Sequence record: DRR378314_1792
Direction: 5' to 3' (one strand)
Length of the DNA stretch: 22,322 nt
Positions within the stretch are counted from its first letter, which is position 1, and each line of letters starts with the position of its first letter. Below the pieces are notes generated by a model that was given only the letters and a program-made list of their open reading frames with translations, ran no database searches and was not told where the DNA came from. Shown here in pieces: positions 1 to 9,318 of the stretch. Made by a program: the position numbers and the translations under genes.

Positions 1-1497
1 GTTGTCGCCATTATGGGCCACGTTGACCATGGTAAGACGTCCTTGCTGGATGCTATGCGGAAAACGGACGTTGCTGCAGGCGAAGCCGGCGGGATCACGC
101 AGCATATTGGTGCGTATCAGGTCAACCTGGAATCTGGTGAGGTTATTACCTTCCTGGATACTCCTGGCCATGAAGCTTTTACCGCAATGCGGATGCGCGG
201 CGCTAAAGTAACTGATGTGGTCATTCTTGTGGTTGCTGCTGACGATAGTGTCATGCCGCAAACCATTGAGGCGATTAAACACGCCAAGGCGGCTGAAGTT
301 CCAATTATTGTGGCCATCAACAAAGTTGATAAACCTGGTGCAGATCCAAATAAAGTTCGCCAGGAACTGTTGCAGCATGAAGTCTTCGTGGAAGAAATGG
401 GCGGTGATGTTCTGTCTGTTGAAGTGTCTGCGCTGAACGGCACAGGCCTGGATAAACTGCAGGAAGCGATCCTTCTTCAGGCTGAGGTTCTGGAACTGAA
501 AGCGAATGCAAACCGAAGTGCGCAAGGCTCTGTTGTTGAAGCTAAAATTGAGACCGGCCGCGGCATGGTAGCAACTGTTCTTGTTAAGCGTGGTACATTG
601 CGTATCGGTGACAACTTTGTTGCCGGACCTGCCTACGGTAAGGTCCGTGCCCTATTGGATTATCGCGGAAACCAAGTGGAAGAAGCGGGACCGTCTGTTC
701 CTGTTGAAGTCCTGGGTATTCAAGGTAATCCAGAAGCCGGTGACGAATTTATCGTAACTGAAAATGAAGCGAAGGCGAGAGAGATTGCCAGCTATCGTGA
801 TCAGTTAGCGAAAGAGAAGAAAGTCACTGCGTCAGCCCGGGGCTCCATCGAACAGATGTTCACAGCAATTCAGGAAGGAACTGCTGATGAACTTCCTGTG
901 GTGATCAAAGCAGATGTTCAAGGCTCTGCTGAAGCCATTGCCACCTCGCTGGAAAAACTGGAAACTGACGAAGTTAAGGTCAACGTCCTGTTATCCGCTG
1001 TTGGTGGTATTACCGAATCTGACGTCAACCTGGCTGCTGCCTCTAACGCCATGATTATCGCATTTAATACGCGTGCGAATAAACAGGCTCAGGAAGCGGC
1101 AAAAGCCCAAGGTATTGATATTCGATACTATTCCGTCATCTATAATGTCATTGATGATGTCAGAGGTATGCTGTCGGGCATGCTGGCACCGACATTGCGA
1201 GAAGATTTCCTTGGTTATGCGGAAATCCGCGAAGTCTTCAATATTACCAAGGTTGGTAAAATTGGTGGCTGCATGGTAACCGAAGGAAATGTGAAACGCG
1301 GTGCCAAAGTTCGCTTGCTTCGCGATGACATTGTGATCCACGAGGGCACATTGGCAACTCTGAAACGCTTTAAAGACGAAGTCAAAGAAGTTAAATCTGG
1401 CATGGAATGTGGTATGGCTTTCGAGAATTACCATGACATCCAGACTGGCGATTTCATCGAGTGTTTCGAAGTGGTTGAAGTGGCCAGAGAACTCTAG
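1..1497 (+). CDS. infB: Translation initiation factor IF-2 (5'-truncated; G domain to C-terminus)
   Basis: Frame is open from base 1 ([13 protein letters not shown]). GTPase motifs [28 protein letters not shown] and NKVD; C-terminal [16 protein letters not shown]; followed by rbfA. Confidence 0.99.
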   Translation, partial: VVAIMGHVDHGKTSLLDAMRKTDVAAGEAGGITQHIGAYQVNLESGEVITFLDTPGHEAFTAMRMRGAKVTDVVILVVAADDSVMPQTIEAIKHAKAAEVPIIVAINKVDKPGADPNKVRQELLQHEVFVEEMGGDVLSVEVSALNGTGLDKLQEAILLQAEVLELKANANRSAQGSVVEAKIETGRGMVATVLVKRGTLRIGDNFVAGPAYGKVRALLDYRGNQVEEAGPSVPVEVLGIQGNPEAGDEFIVTENEAKAREIASYRDQLAKEKKVTASARGSIEQMFTAIQEGTADELPVVIKADVQGSAEAIATSLEKLETDEVKVNVLLSAVGGITESDVNLAAASNAMIIAFNTRANKQAQEAAKAQGIDIRYYSVIYNVIDDVRGMLSGMLAPTLREDFLGYAEIREVFNITKVGKIGGCMVTEGNVKRGAKVRLLRDDIVIHEGTLATLKRFKDEVKEVKSGMECGMAFENYHDIQTGDFIECFEVVEVAREL

Positions 1498-1533
1498 GTC
1501 AGACCAGAGTCAACAGAATCTACGATTGATTAC

Positions 1534-1557
1534 TCAGGGGCCGATCGCGGCCCCTGA
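1534..1557 (+). terminator. GC-rich hairpin between infB and rbfA (weak terminator or processing/stabilising stem)
   Basis: Perfect 10-bp stem TCAGGGGCCG-ATCG-CGGCCCCTGA; only a poor U-tract (CCTTATTCT) follows. Confidence 0.45.
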
Positions 1558-1584
1558 CCTTATTCTGCTGAAAGTTAATTTGAT

Positions 1585-2025
1585 ATGGCTAGTCGAAAAT
1601 CCCCTGCAAGATCAGCGAGTAAACGGCAACTTCGTGTCGGAGAACAGCTGCGCCATATCATTTCGGAAGTTCTCGCCGAAGGCAATATTCACGACCCAGA
1701 TGTATCCGGAACATCCGTAACAGTAACCGAAGTCCAGCCAAGCCCGGACATGCGGAACGCAACTGTTTATGTGATCCCTCTAGGTGGCATTAACGAGGTG
1801 GCAATTATCAAAGGCCTGAACAGGTCAAACGGTTTTATCCAGTCTGAGGTGGGAAGGCAGCTCAGCATGAAATTCACGCCGCGCCTGACTTTCAAAAAAG
1901 ACGAATCTTTCGAATATGGTGATCATATTGACACCCTGCTCCGAAAAAACGCGACTGATGACCCAAAAGATCAGGACCCGGAAGATCGGGACCCGGAAAC
2001 AGACCAGGATGAGACAAAACGGTAA
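1585..2025 (+). CDS. rbfA: 30S ribosome-binding factor A
   Basis: RQLRVGEQLRH, VTVTEVQPSPDMRNATVY and KFTPRLTF..D.SF motifs; position between infB and truB. Confidence 0.98.
   Translation: MASRKSPARSASKRQLRVGEQLRHIISEVLAEGNIHDPDVSGTSVTVTEVQPSPDMRNATVYVIPLGGINEVAIIKGLNRSNGFIQSEVGRQLSMKFTPRLTFKKDESFEYGDHIDTLLRKNATDDPKDQDPEDRDPETDQDETKR
1960..2004 (+). repeat. Imperfect 15-bp tandem repeat (about 3 units) encoding the acidic RbfA tail
   Basis: GACCCAAAAGATCAG / GACCCGGAAGATCGG / GACCCGGAAACAGAC = DPKDQ DPEDR DPETD. Confidence 0.75.
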
Positions 2026-2031
2026 TCCGAC

Positions 2032-2928
2032 ATGGGGCGACGTCGCAAAGGAATACCTATTCACGGATGGCTGAATATTGACAAACCGGTCGGCATGACT
2101 TCTGCCGGGGTTGTCAATAAGGTCAGATGGATTACAAAAGCACAAAAGGCCGGTCATGCGGGAACATTGGATCCGTTTGCCACAGGCGTTCTTCCCATTG
2201 CCCTTGGTGAAGCAACAAAAACCATTCCCTTCATCGTTGATGATATTAAAGAATATCAATTTACCGCCTGCTGGACGAACGAGCGCAATACAGATGATAT
2301 CGAAGGGGAAATCACCAAATCTTCGGATTTCAGGCCCACGCAATCAGATATAGAAGCCTGTATTCCGTCTTTTACAGGATCCGTGTCACAAGTCCCCCCC
2401 GCCTATTCAGCCATTAAAATTGACGGACAGAGAGCTTATAAACTGGCGCGGAAAGGCAAAGACATTGTCATGCCGGAGCGAACCGTCGAGATTTACCAGC
2501 TTCAGCTCCTGGATATGCCTGATACTGATCATGCCCGCTTCCACGTCCAATGTTCCAAAGGAACCTATATCCGCGCCTTAGCAAGAGATTTTGCCCGTCA
2601 CCTGAACGGGGTTGCACACTTGTCACAGCTCCGGCGGGGAAAAGTCGGACCATTTTTGGAAAAAAATGCGATTTCGCTGGATAAGTTGGAAAAGCTATGG
2701 CAGTGTCCGGCGGAATTTGAGGACTTGCTTCCACTGACGACCGCGCTGGACGACATCCCGGCGGTGGCCATATCGGAAACTCAGGCAATCCGCGTGAGAC
2801 ACGGCAATGACGTGGCAGTTCCAAATACCGCAGACGGTATTGTCTGTGCAATGGATCAAGGTAGTCCAGTGTCAATTTCAAAAGTTGAAAATGGCATTCT
2901 CTATCCAGTCCGTGTTTTTAATATTTAA
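2032..2928 (+). CDS. truB: tRNA pseudouridine(55) synthase
   Basis: IDKPVGMTS, GHAGTLDPFATG (catalytic Asp), QVPPAYSAIK and CSKGTYIRALARD motifs; synteny with rbfA and rpsO. Confidence 0.98.
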   Translation: MGRRRKGIPIHGWLNIDKPVGMTSAGVVNKVRWITKAQKAGHAGTLDPFATGVLPIALGEATKTIPFIVDDIKEYQFTACWTNERNTDDIEGEITKSSDFRPTQSDIEACIPSFTGSVSQVPPAYSAIKIDGQRAYKLARKGKDIVMPERTVEIYQLQLLDMPDTDHARFHVQCSKGTYIRALARDFARHLNGVAHLSQLRRGKVGPFLEKNAISLDKLEKLWQCPAEFEDLLPLTTALDDIPAVAISETQAIRVRHGNDVAVPNTADGIVCAMDQGSPVSISKVENGILYPVRVFNI

Positions 2929-2944
2929 CGTTGGAGTTTAATCG

Positions 2945-3214
2945 ATGTCGATTAGTGCTGAGAAAAAAGCAGAATTGATCAAGAAATATGCGACTAAAGA
3001 AGGAGACACAGGGTCTCCGGAAGTTCAGATCGCAATTCTTTCAACCCGTATTTCAAACCTCACTGAACATTTTAAAGACCACAATAAAGACAAGCATTCT
3101 CGTCGTGGTCTGCTCAGCTTGGTTAGTAAACGTCGCCGTTTGCTGGACTATCTGAGAAAAAACAGTGAAGAGCGTTACCAGAAAGTAATCACGGACCTTG
3201 GTATTCGTAAATAA
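2945..3214 (+). CDS. rpsO: 30S ribosomal protein S15
   Basis: 89 aa; [21 protein letters not shown] and RRRLLDYL motifs; GGAG Shine-Dalgarno (SD) upstream. Confidence 0.99.
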   Translation: MSISAEKKAELIKKYATKEGDTGSPEVQIAILSTRISNLTEHFKDHNKDKHSRRGLLSLVSKRRRLLDYLRKNSEERYQKVITDLGIRK

Positions 3215-3260
3215 TGATTGCTATTCCAACCCCTGTCTTATGCAGGGGTTAGTCCTACAC

Positions 3261-3314
3261 AACGCCGGTTCGGCTTCGGACATTTTGTCCGACGCGGCCG
3301 GCGTTTGCTTTTTC
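3261..3314 (+). terminator. Long hairpin plus U-rich tail after rpsO (intrinsic terminator and/or RNase III-type site in the pnp leader)
   Basis: Outer stem AACGCCGG...CCGGCGTT, inner stem TCGGACA-TTT-TGTCCGA, followed by TGCTTTTTC. Confidence 0.65.
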
Positions 3315-3424
3315 TGAGTTTTACTCAGCTGTCTTGAAGAGACAAAGACAAATTGTTTGCCATCGCATAGGGCGATGGATAATAGCGGTCAGACATCGGG
3401 TCGAGCCGCATGGAAGGAAAAGAA

Positions 3425-5536
3425 ATGTTTGAGATACATCGCAAGGAAGTGATGTGGGGCGGACGTCCGCTCGTATTGGAAACAGGTAAAGTTGCGCGTC
3501 AGGCTGATGGCGCCGTCATGGTAACATATGGCGGTACACAGGTTCTGTGTACTGCAGTTGCAGCAAGATCAGAAAAACCCGGGATCGATTTTTTCCCACT
3601 GACAGTCAATTATCAGGAAAAAGCCTATGCTGCTGGCAAGATCCCTGGTGGCTTTTTTAAACGGGAAGCACGCCCGAGTGAAAAAGAAACGCTGGTCTCC
3701 CGGTTGATCGACCGTCCGCTTCGCCCGTCATTCGTCAGCGGCTTTAAAAACGAAACACAAATCCTGTGTACAGTCGTTGCCCATGATCTTGAAAATGATT
3801 CAGACGTCGTTGCCATGATCGGTGCGTCGGCCGCTTTAACGATTTCAGGCATTCCGTTTATGGGTCCTGTTGGTGCAGCTCGCGTCGGTTTCAAAGACGG
3901 CGAATACATCCTGAACCCAACATCTGAGCAGCTTGAAGACACAGATCTGGATCTGGTTATTGCCGGTACAGACGAAGCGGTTCTGATGATTGAATCCGAA
4001 GCCAATGAACTCACCGAAGAGCAGATGCTCGGCGCTGTCATGTTTGGCCATAAAGAATTTCAGCCTGTTATCAATGCCATCATTGATCTTGCCGAAGACA
4101 GTGCCAAAGAGCCTTGGGATTTCCAGCCACCGGAAGTAAACGCGGATCTGGAAGCAAAAGTAAAAGCCAGTGCAGAAGCCGGCCTTGCTGATGCTTATAA
4201 AGAACAGGTCAAACAGGACCGGGTTGAGAAAATCACCGCAGCCAAAAAGGCCGCGCTGGAATCGCTCGAAGAAGATGAAGTCGAAGCCGCCAACGGTATC
4301 CTCAAGAAAATCGAAAAATCCATCGTCCGCGGGAATATCATTTCCACTGGCACTCGGATTGACGGCCGTGATACCCGGACAGTTCGTCCGATTGTTGCTG
4401 AAGTTGGTTCACTCCCTCGCGCACATGGCTCTTCGCTCTTCACACGCGGTGAAACCCAGGCACTTGTTGTCACCACATTGGGTACAGGCCAAGATGAACA
4501 GATCGTTGACGCCCTCGACGGTGAATATCGTGAAAACTTCATGCTGCATTATAACTTCCCACCTTACAGTGTTGGTGAAGTTGGCCGGGCGGGCTTTACC
4601 AGTCGCCGCGAAGTTGGTCATGGTAAGTTGGCATGGCGGGCCGTTCATCCACTGCTGCCAAGCAAGGAAGAATTCCCTTACACATTACGTGTGGTTTCTG
4701 AAATCACAGAATCCAATGGCTCCTCTTCTATGGCGACCGTTTGCGGTGCCTCATTGGCTCTGATGGATGCCGGTGTTCCCTTGAAAAGCCCGGTTGCCGG
4801 AATTGCAATGGGACTGATCCTGGAAGAAGACGGTCAGTTCGCTGTTCTCTCTGACATCCTGGGCGATGAAGATCACCTGGGTGACATGGACTTTAAGGTT
4901 GCAGGAACGGACAAAGGCATTACATCTCTACAAATGGATATTAAAATTGCCGGTATTACCGAAGACATCATGCGTCAGGCACTTGCCCAGGCGACTGAGG
5001 GTCGGCTGCATATCCTTGATGAGATGGGTAAAGCCATCGACGCTGCACGTGAGGGTGTCCGTGATGGAGCTCCGCGCATCACTCAACTGAGTGTTGCCAA
5101 GGACAAAATCCGCGACATCATCGGAACTGGCGGTAAGGTCATTCGCGAAATTTGCGAAACAACCGGCGCCAAGATCGATATTGATGACGATGGTAGCGTC
5201 AAAGTCGCTGCGACGACGACCGAATCTGCAGAGGCGGCCGTAAATTGGATCAAATCCATCGTGGATGATCCAGAAGTTGGCCATACCTATACAGGTAAAG
5301 TCGTAAAAGTTGTCGACTTCGGTGCTTTCGTGAATTTCTTTGGCAACCGGGACGGTCTGGTTCATATTTCTGAACTGGCGCCAAAACGGGTTGCCAAGGT
5401 TACAGACATTGTCAACGAAGGTGACGAGGTCCAAGTTAAGGTTCTGGAAATTGATGGCCGGGGCAAAGTTCGCCTGTCAATGAAGGCTGTCCTTGCAGAC
5501 CAGGAAAAAGCTGACGAAGAAAGCAGCGACGACTAA
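3425..5536 (+). CDS. pnp: Polyribonucleotide nucleotidyltransferase (PNPase)
   Basis: Two RNase PH domains ([35 protein letters not shown]) plus KH ([10 protein letters not shown]) and S1 (DGLVHISEL). Start placed at ATG 3425 because AAGGA lies at 3414-3418; the ORF track starts at 3410. Confidence 0.99.
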   Translation: MFEIHRKEVMWGGRPLVLETGKVARQADGAVMVTYGGTQVLCTAVAARSEKPGIDFFPLTVNYQEKAYAAGKIPGGFFKREARPSEKETLVSRLIDRPLRPSFVSGFKNETQILCTVVAHDLENDSDVVAMIGASAALTISGIPFMGPVGAARVGFKDGEYILNPTSEQLEDTDLDLVIAGTDEAVLMIESEANELTEEQMLGAVMFGHKEFQPVINAIIDLAEDSAKEPWDFQPPEVNADLEAKVKASAEAGLADAYKEQVKQDRVEKITAAKKAALESLEEDEVEAANGILKKIEKSIVRGNIISTGTRIDGRDTRTVRPIVAEVGSLPRAHGSSLFTRGETQALVVTTLGTGQDEQIVDALDGEYRENFMLHYNFPPYSVGEVGRAGFTSRREVGHGKLAWRAVHPLLPSKEEFPYTLRVVSEITESNGSSSMATVCGASLALMDAGVPLKSPVAGIAMGLILEEDGQFAVLSDILGDEDHLGDMDFKVAGTDKGITSLQMDIKIAGITEDIMRQALAQATEGRLHILDEMGKAIDAAREGVRDGAPRITQLSVAKDKIRDIIGTGGKVIREICETTGAKIDIDDDGSVKVAATTTESAEAAVNWIKSIVDDPEVGHTYTGKVVKVVDFGAFVNFFGNRDGLVHISELAPKRVAKVTDIVNEGDEVQVKVLEIDGRGKVRLSMKAVLADQEKADEESSDD

Positions 5537-5548
5537 GTGATATTGGGA

Positions 5549-5577
5549 AGAGGCGGCTGCGCTACTATGCCGCCTCT
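5549..5577 (+). terminator. Hairpin after pnp
   Basis: AGAGGCGGC...GCCGCCTCT 9-bp stem just after the stop codon; no clear U-tract. Confidence 0.45.
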
Positions 5578-5658
5578 CCTACCATGTTTAGCGCTTGGTG
5601 TTGTGAGCCGATTGCGTTAAATGGTAGGGTATAGGAAAGTCAGAGTTAGGGTTATCTC

Positions 5659-7059
5659 GTGAAGTCACTGAATTCCATATTAATGTCGGGTAAAGAAGTT
5701 CTGCCCGTGATCGAAGGCGGCAAGGGTATTGCTGTTTCCTCCGGCCAAAGCTCAGGTGCTTGGGCTGCAGCAGGAGGTGTTGCAACTTTTTCTGGCGTCA
5801 ATGCAGATAGTTACGACGATAATGGTCAACGCATTCCTCAGGTTTATTATGGTCGCACCCGTCGGGAGCGACATGATGAGCTGGTTGCATATGGCATTAG
5901 TGGTGGCATTGCACAGGCACAGATCGCCCACGAATTAGCCGCTGGACAAGGCGCCATTCATATGAATGTTCTGTGGGAAATGGGCGGTGCAGAGCGGATC
6001 CTTCATGGTGTCCTTGAAGGGGCGAAAGGCCTGATCAATGGGATCACCTGCGGCGCAGGCATGCCTTATCGTGTTGCTCAGATCGCAGCTGACTATAAAG
6101 TTCACTATTATCCAATTATTTCCTCTGCCCGGGCGTTTCGCGCCTTGTGGAAACGCGCGTATCATAAATTTTCAGACTGGCTTGGCGGCGTTGTATACGA
6201 AGACCCGTGGCTAGCAGGTGGCCATAACGGCCTTAGCAATTCCGAAGACCCGCGATCACCGGAAAACCCGTATCCACGCGTTGCGGCACTTCGTAAATTG
6301 ATGAATGAAATTGGCCTTCAGGACACGCCCATTATTATGGCAGGCGGTGTCTGGCATATTGAAGACTGGGAAGACTGGCTGGACAACCCGGAAATTGGGC
6401 CGATCGCGTTTCAGTTCGGGACACGGCCCCTCCTCACCCAGGAAAGCCCGATTTCCGATGCCTGGAAGAAAAAGCTGAGCACTTTGAAAAAAGGCGATGT
6501 GTTTCTCAACAGGTTCAGCCCAACGGGCTTTTGGTCCTCTGCGGTCAATAACGACTTTATTGGGGAACTTAAAGAACGCTCAGAACGACAGGTGGCGTTT
6601 TCAACCGAGCCCGTCGGCGCACATACTGCTGCGTTCAGCATGGGTGCCCGTAAACGCGAAGTTTTCTTGACCGAAGAAGACAAGAAAAACGCTGAAAAAT
6701 GGGTAGCTGACGGCTTTGATCAGGTCATGAAGACACCCGATACGACCCTGATTTTTGTTGGTAAAGACAAGATGCAGGAAATCCGCAAAGACCAAGTGGA
6801 TTGTATGGGCTGTCTGTCTCAATGCTCTTTCTCCAACTGGGCTGAGAATGAAAAAGGCAATACAGGTCGCAAGGCCGATCCCCGCAGTTTCTGTATTCAG
6901 AAAACGTTGCAGGATGTCATTCATTCTGAGGCGAACATTGAGAATAATCTCATGTTCGCAGGACATGGCGCCTATCGTTTTGCAACCGACCCGTTTTATT
7001 CGGACGGCTTCATTCCGACAGTAAAACAACTTGTTGATCGGATAATGACCGGTAAATAA
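5659..7059 (+). CDS. FMN-dependent oxidoreductase of the nitronate monooxygenase/FabK superfamily with a C-terminal 4-Cys motif (FabX/UfaA-like)
   Basis: LPVIEGGKG, ITCGAGMP, EDPWLAGGHNG, PIIMAGGVW and FQFGTR TIM-barrel motifs; C-x2-C-x3-C-x22-C (DCMGCLSQC...FCIQ) followed by NLMFAG; GTG start. Confidence 0.9.
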   Translation: MKSLNSILMSGKEVLPVIEGGKGIAVSSGQSSGAWAAAGGVATFSGVNADSYDDNGQRIPQVYYGRTRRERHDELVAYGISGGIAQAQIAHELAAGQGAIHMNVLWEMGGAERILHGVLEGAKGLINGITCGAGMPYRVAQIAADYKVHYYPIISSARAFRALWKRAYHKFSDWLGGVVYEDPWLAGGHNGLSNSEDPRSPENPYPRVAALRKLMNEIGLQDTPIIMAGGVWHIEDWEDWLDNPEIGPIAFQFGTRPLLTQESPISDAWKKKLSTLKKGDVFLNRFSPTGFWSSAVNNDFIGELKERSERQVAFSTEPVGAHTAAFSMGARKREVFLTEEDKKNAEKWVADGFDQVMKTPDTTLIFVGKDKMQEIRKDQVDCMGCLSQCSFSNWAENEKGNTGRKADPRSFCIQKTLQDVIHSEANIENNLMFAGHGAYRFATDPFYSDGFIPTVKQLVDRIMTGK

Positions 7060-7084
7060 GACCCAGTATCCCGCTTGATCGTTT

Positions 7085-7096
7085 GATAATATTATC
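7085..7096. promoter_or_regulatory. Perfect palindrome GATAATATTATC in the putative irr promoter
   Basis: 12-bp palindrome built from Fur-type GATAAT half-sites; overlaps TTGATA (7083-7088), with TATATT/TATTAT 16-18 bp downstream. Confidence 0.35.
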
Positions 7097-7146
7097 GGTA
7101 CACCTATATTATTGGTCAAAGAAACTTTTAATCACCAAGGGTGTGT

Positions 7147-7563
7147 ATGACGACAAGCAATCAGGGACTGGAAGGCCGGCTTAAACAGGTCAATTTGCGA
7201 GCAACGCGCCAGCGTCTAGCGCTGGCGAACCTATTGCTCACAAATGGAAACCGTCATATTACAGCGGAACAGCTTCACGCTGAAGCATTGAGGTCCGGCG
7301 TCAGAATTTCCCTGGCCACCATCTATAATAACCTGCACCAGTTTACGCAGGCAGGGCTATTGCGCGAAGTTATAGTGGATGCAAGCCGCTCTTATTTTGA
7401 CACAAACACCTGCCATCACCATCACCTCTTCCATGAACGCGATGGCATTTTACAGGATCTGCCGGCAGACTCTCTCAAGATCACTGGTCTTCCCGACCTT
7501 CCCGAAGATACTGAGATTAATTCCGTAGATGTGATCGTCAGAGTCGGCAAAAAATCCAATTAG
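7147..7563 (+). CDS. irr: Iron response regulator Irr (Fur family)
   Basis: LRATRQRLAL, RHITAEQLH, SLATIYNNLHQFT.AGLL and YFDTN..HHH motifs, with C-terminal VDVIVRV typical of Irr. ATG 7147 has AAGGG upstream; GTG 7141 is an alternative start. Confidence 0.92.
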   Translation: MTTSNQGLEGRLKQVNLRATRQRLALANLLLTNGNRHITAEQLHAEALRSGVRISLATIYNNLHQFTQAGLLREVIVDASRSYFDTNTCHHHHLFHERDGILQDLPADSLKITGLPDLPEDTEINSVDVIVRVGKKSN

Positions 7564-7613
7564 CGGCACATTTCCCGCTTTCCCTACGCCATCCCATAAA
7601 TGAAATAACTCGG

Positions 7614-8105
7614 CTAGCGGACCTTTTCATTCGCGTGAACACCATAGAAATGGTCTGTTTGCAGCCATCCTTCATTGCCGGCAATATCCACCAGACACCA
7701 ACGACCATCACATTCCAAGAGCCGCCCCTGAACCCCTGGATCAGCTAACAGGATAACACTGCTATCTGTCGTGGAATCCTCAAAGACCGGGCGCTGAGCG
7801 TCAGTTATCAACACAGTCCGGCGGTTGGACAATAAACTGGAATGAATCCATCCGGTTGCCCCTTCCACATCGCGAATTTGACGCCACAGCTCATATTCCG
7901 CAATCACCTCAACTGGCCACCCGCTGCGGACATACACCCAGGAAATCGGATATCGCTTGCCCGGCCCTACCCTCACGTTCACTTTTGAAGACGACAGCGA
8001 CACAAAACGGGGGATGTTGGAGCTAGCAGCCCCGGATAAGGTGCTGGTAACGGAAAACGTAATAAGGACAGCGACTAATAAGCCGAATTTCAGCGAGAGT
8101 TTCAC
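7614..8105 (-). CDS. Exported protein with two bacterial SH3 domains
   Basis: Signal peptide (MKLSLKFGLLVAVLITF...), IPRFVSL, VNVRVGPG..YPI.W, WRQIRD.EGATGWIH and C..RWC...GWL; usual neighbour of irr and the 2-hydroxyacid dehydrogenase in alphaproteobacteria. Confidence 0.92.
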   Translation of the reverse strand: MKLSLKFGLLVAVLITFSVTSTLSGAASSNIPRFVSLSSSKVNVRVGPGKRYPISWVYVRSGWPVEVIAEYELWRQIRDVEGATGWIHSSLLSNRRTVLITDAQRPVFEDSTTDSSVILLADPGVQGRLLECDGRWCLVDIAGNEGWLQTDHFYGVHANEKVR

Positions 8106-8143
8106 GGTTACGACCCTGATATCAATTTTCTTTGTGAAAGTTC

Positions 8144-8172
8144 TTTATGCGGGGTCAGGTGGACTGGGTCAA
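8144..8172 (-). promoter_or_regulatory. Candidate sigma70-type promoter for the SH3 gene
   Basis: Minus strand TTGACC-N17-CATAAA. Confidence 0.35.
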
Positions 8173-8283
8173 GAAATCAAAAAAAGCACGTGAAGTCGGT
8201 CCATCTGATTGTGTCCTGAAACGCGATCTGCTAAAAAAATGGGAATATCAAGAACTAAGAGACCCTAAAGAGAGGCCTCACCC

Positions 8284-9279
8284 ATGGCAGGTACACCTAA
8301 GAAGAAACCAGTCGTCGTCGTCACACGTAAGCTTCCCGAGGCAATTGAGGCCCGGATGATGGAGCTTTTCGACACGCGCCTGAACCACGAAGATAAGCCA
8401 ATGTCACAAGCAGAACTGATCGAGGCCGCCAAAATGGCCGACGTTTTGGTTCCAACCGTAACGGATAAAATTGATCTTGGGGTTCTGAGCCAGGCCAATC
8501 CGGAATTAAAGCTGATTGCCAGTTTCGGAACCGGTGTCGACCACATTGATCTGGCAACAGCCCGCCAGCGGAATATTACCGTGACGAATACACCAGGCGT
8601 TCTCACCGAAGATACAGCCGATATGACTATGGCCTTAATCATGGCAGTCCCTCGCCGCCTGACTGAGGGGGAACGGTTGATGCGTGCTGGTGAATGGAAT
8701 GGCTGGTCACCGACGGGCATGCTGGGTCACCGAATCTGGGGTAAACGGCTGGGAATAGTTGGTATGGGCCGCATTGGTCAGGCGGTTGCGCGCCGGGCAA
8801 AAGCCTTTGGCCTCTCCATTCATTATCACAACCGAAACCAGCTGCCTGACTATATTGAAGACGAATTGGAGGCAACTTATTGGGAAAGCCTGGATCAAAT
8901 GCTGGCACGGATGGATATTGTGTCCACCAATTGCCCGCACACACCTGGCACCTTTCATCTGCTGAACGCCCGTCGACTGAAGCTACTGCAGAAACATTCC
9001 TATGTGGTCAACACCTCGCGCGGAGAGGTGGTGGATGAAAATGCCCTGACCCGCATGCTGCGTAACGGTGAAATCGCAGGTGCTGGCTTGGATGTTTTCG
9101 AACACGAACCTGCTGTCAATCCGAAACTCCTGGAGCTGGATAACGTGGTTCTATTGCCCCATATGGGATCTGCAACCATTGAAGGGCGGATTGATATGGG
9201 CGAGAAGGTCATCATCAATATCAAAACATTCATTGACGGACATACGCCACCGGATAGAGTTTTGGCCGCAATGCTTTAA
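8284..9279 (+). CDS. D-isomer-specific 2-hydroxyacid dehydrogenase (D-glycerate dehydrogenase/glyoxylate reductase, GyaR-like)
   Basis: VTNTPGVLTEDTAD, GIVGMGRIG (Rossmann fold), NTSRG, LDVFEHEP and LLPHMGSAT (Arg/Glu/His catalytic set); GAGAGG SD. Confidence 0.95.
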   Translation: MAGTPKKKPVVVVTRKLPEAIEARMMELFDTRLNHEDKPMSQAELIEAAKMADVLVPTVTDKIDLGVLSQANPELKLIASFGTGVDHIDLATARQRNITVTNTPGVLTEDTADMTMALIMAVPRRLTEGERLMRAGEWNGWSPTGMLGHRIWGKRLGIVGMGRIGQAVARRAKAFGLSIHYHNRNQLPDYIEDELEATYWESLDQMLARMDIVSTNCPHTPGTFHLLNARRLKLLQKHSYVVNTSRGEVVDENALTRMLRNGEIAGAGLDVFEHEPAVNPKLLELDNVVLLPHMGSATIEGRIDMGEKVIINIKTFIDGHTPPDRVLAAML

Positions 9280-9286
9280 CCCAAGG

Positions 9287-9317
9287 AAAGGCCCGCGCAA
9301 TCGGGCCTTTATTTCTT
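9287..9317 (+). terminator. Terminator-like hairpin between the dehydrogenase gene and arfB
   Basis: AAAGGCCCG-CGCAAT-CGGGCCTTT followed by ATTTCTT. Confidence 0.6.
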
Positions 9318-9318
9318 C

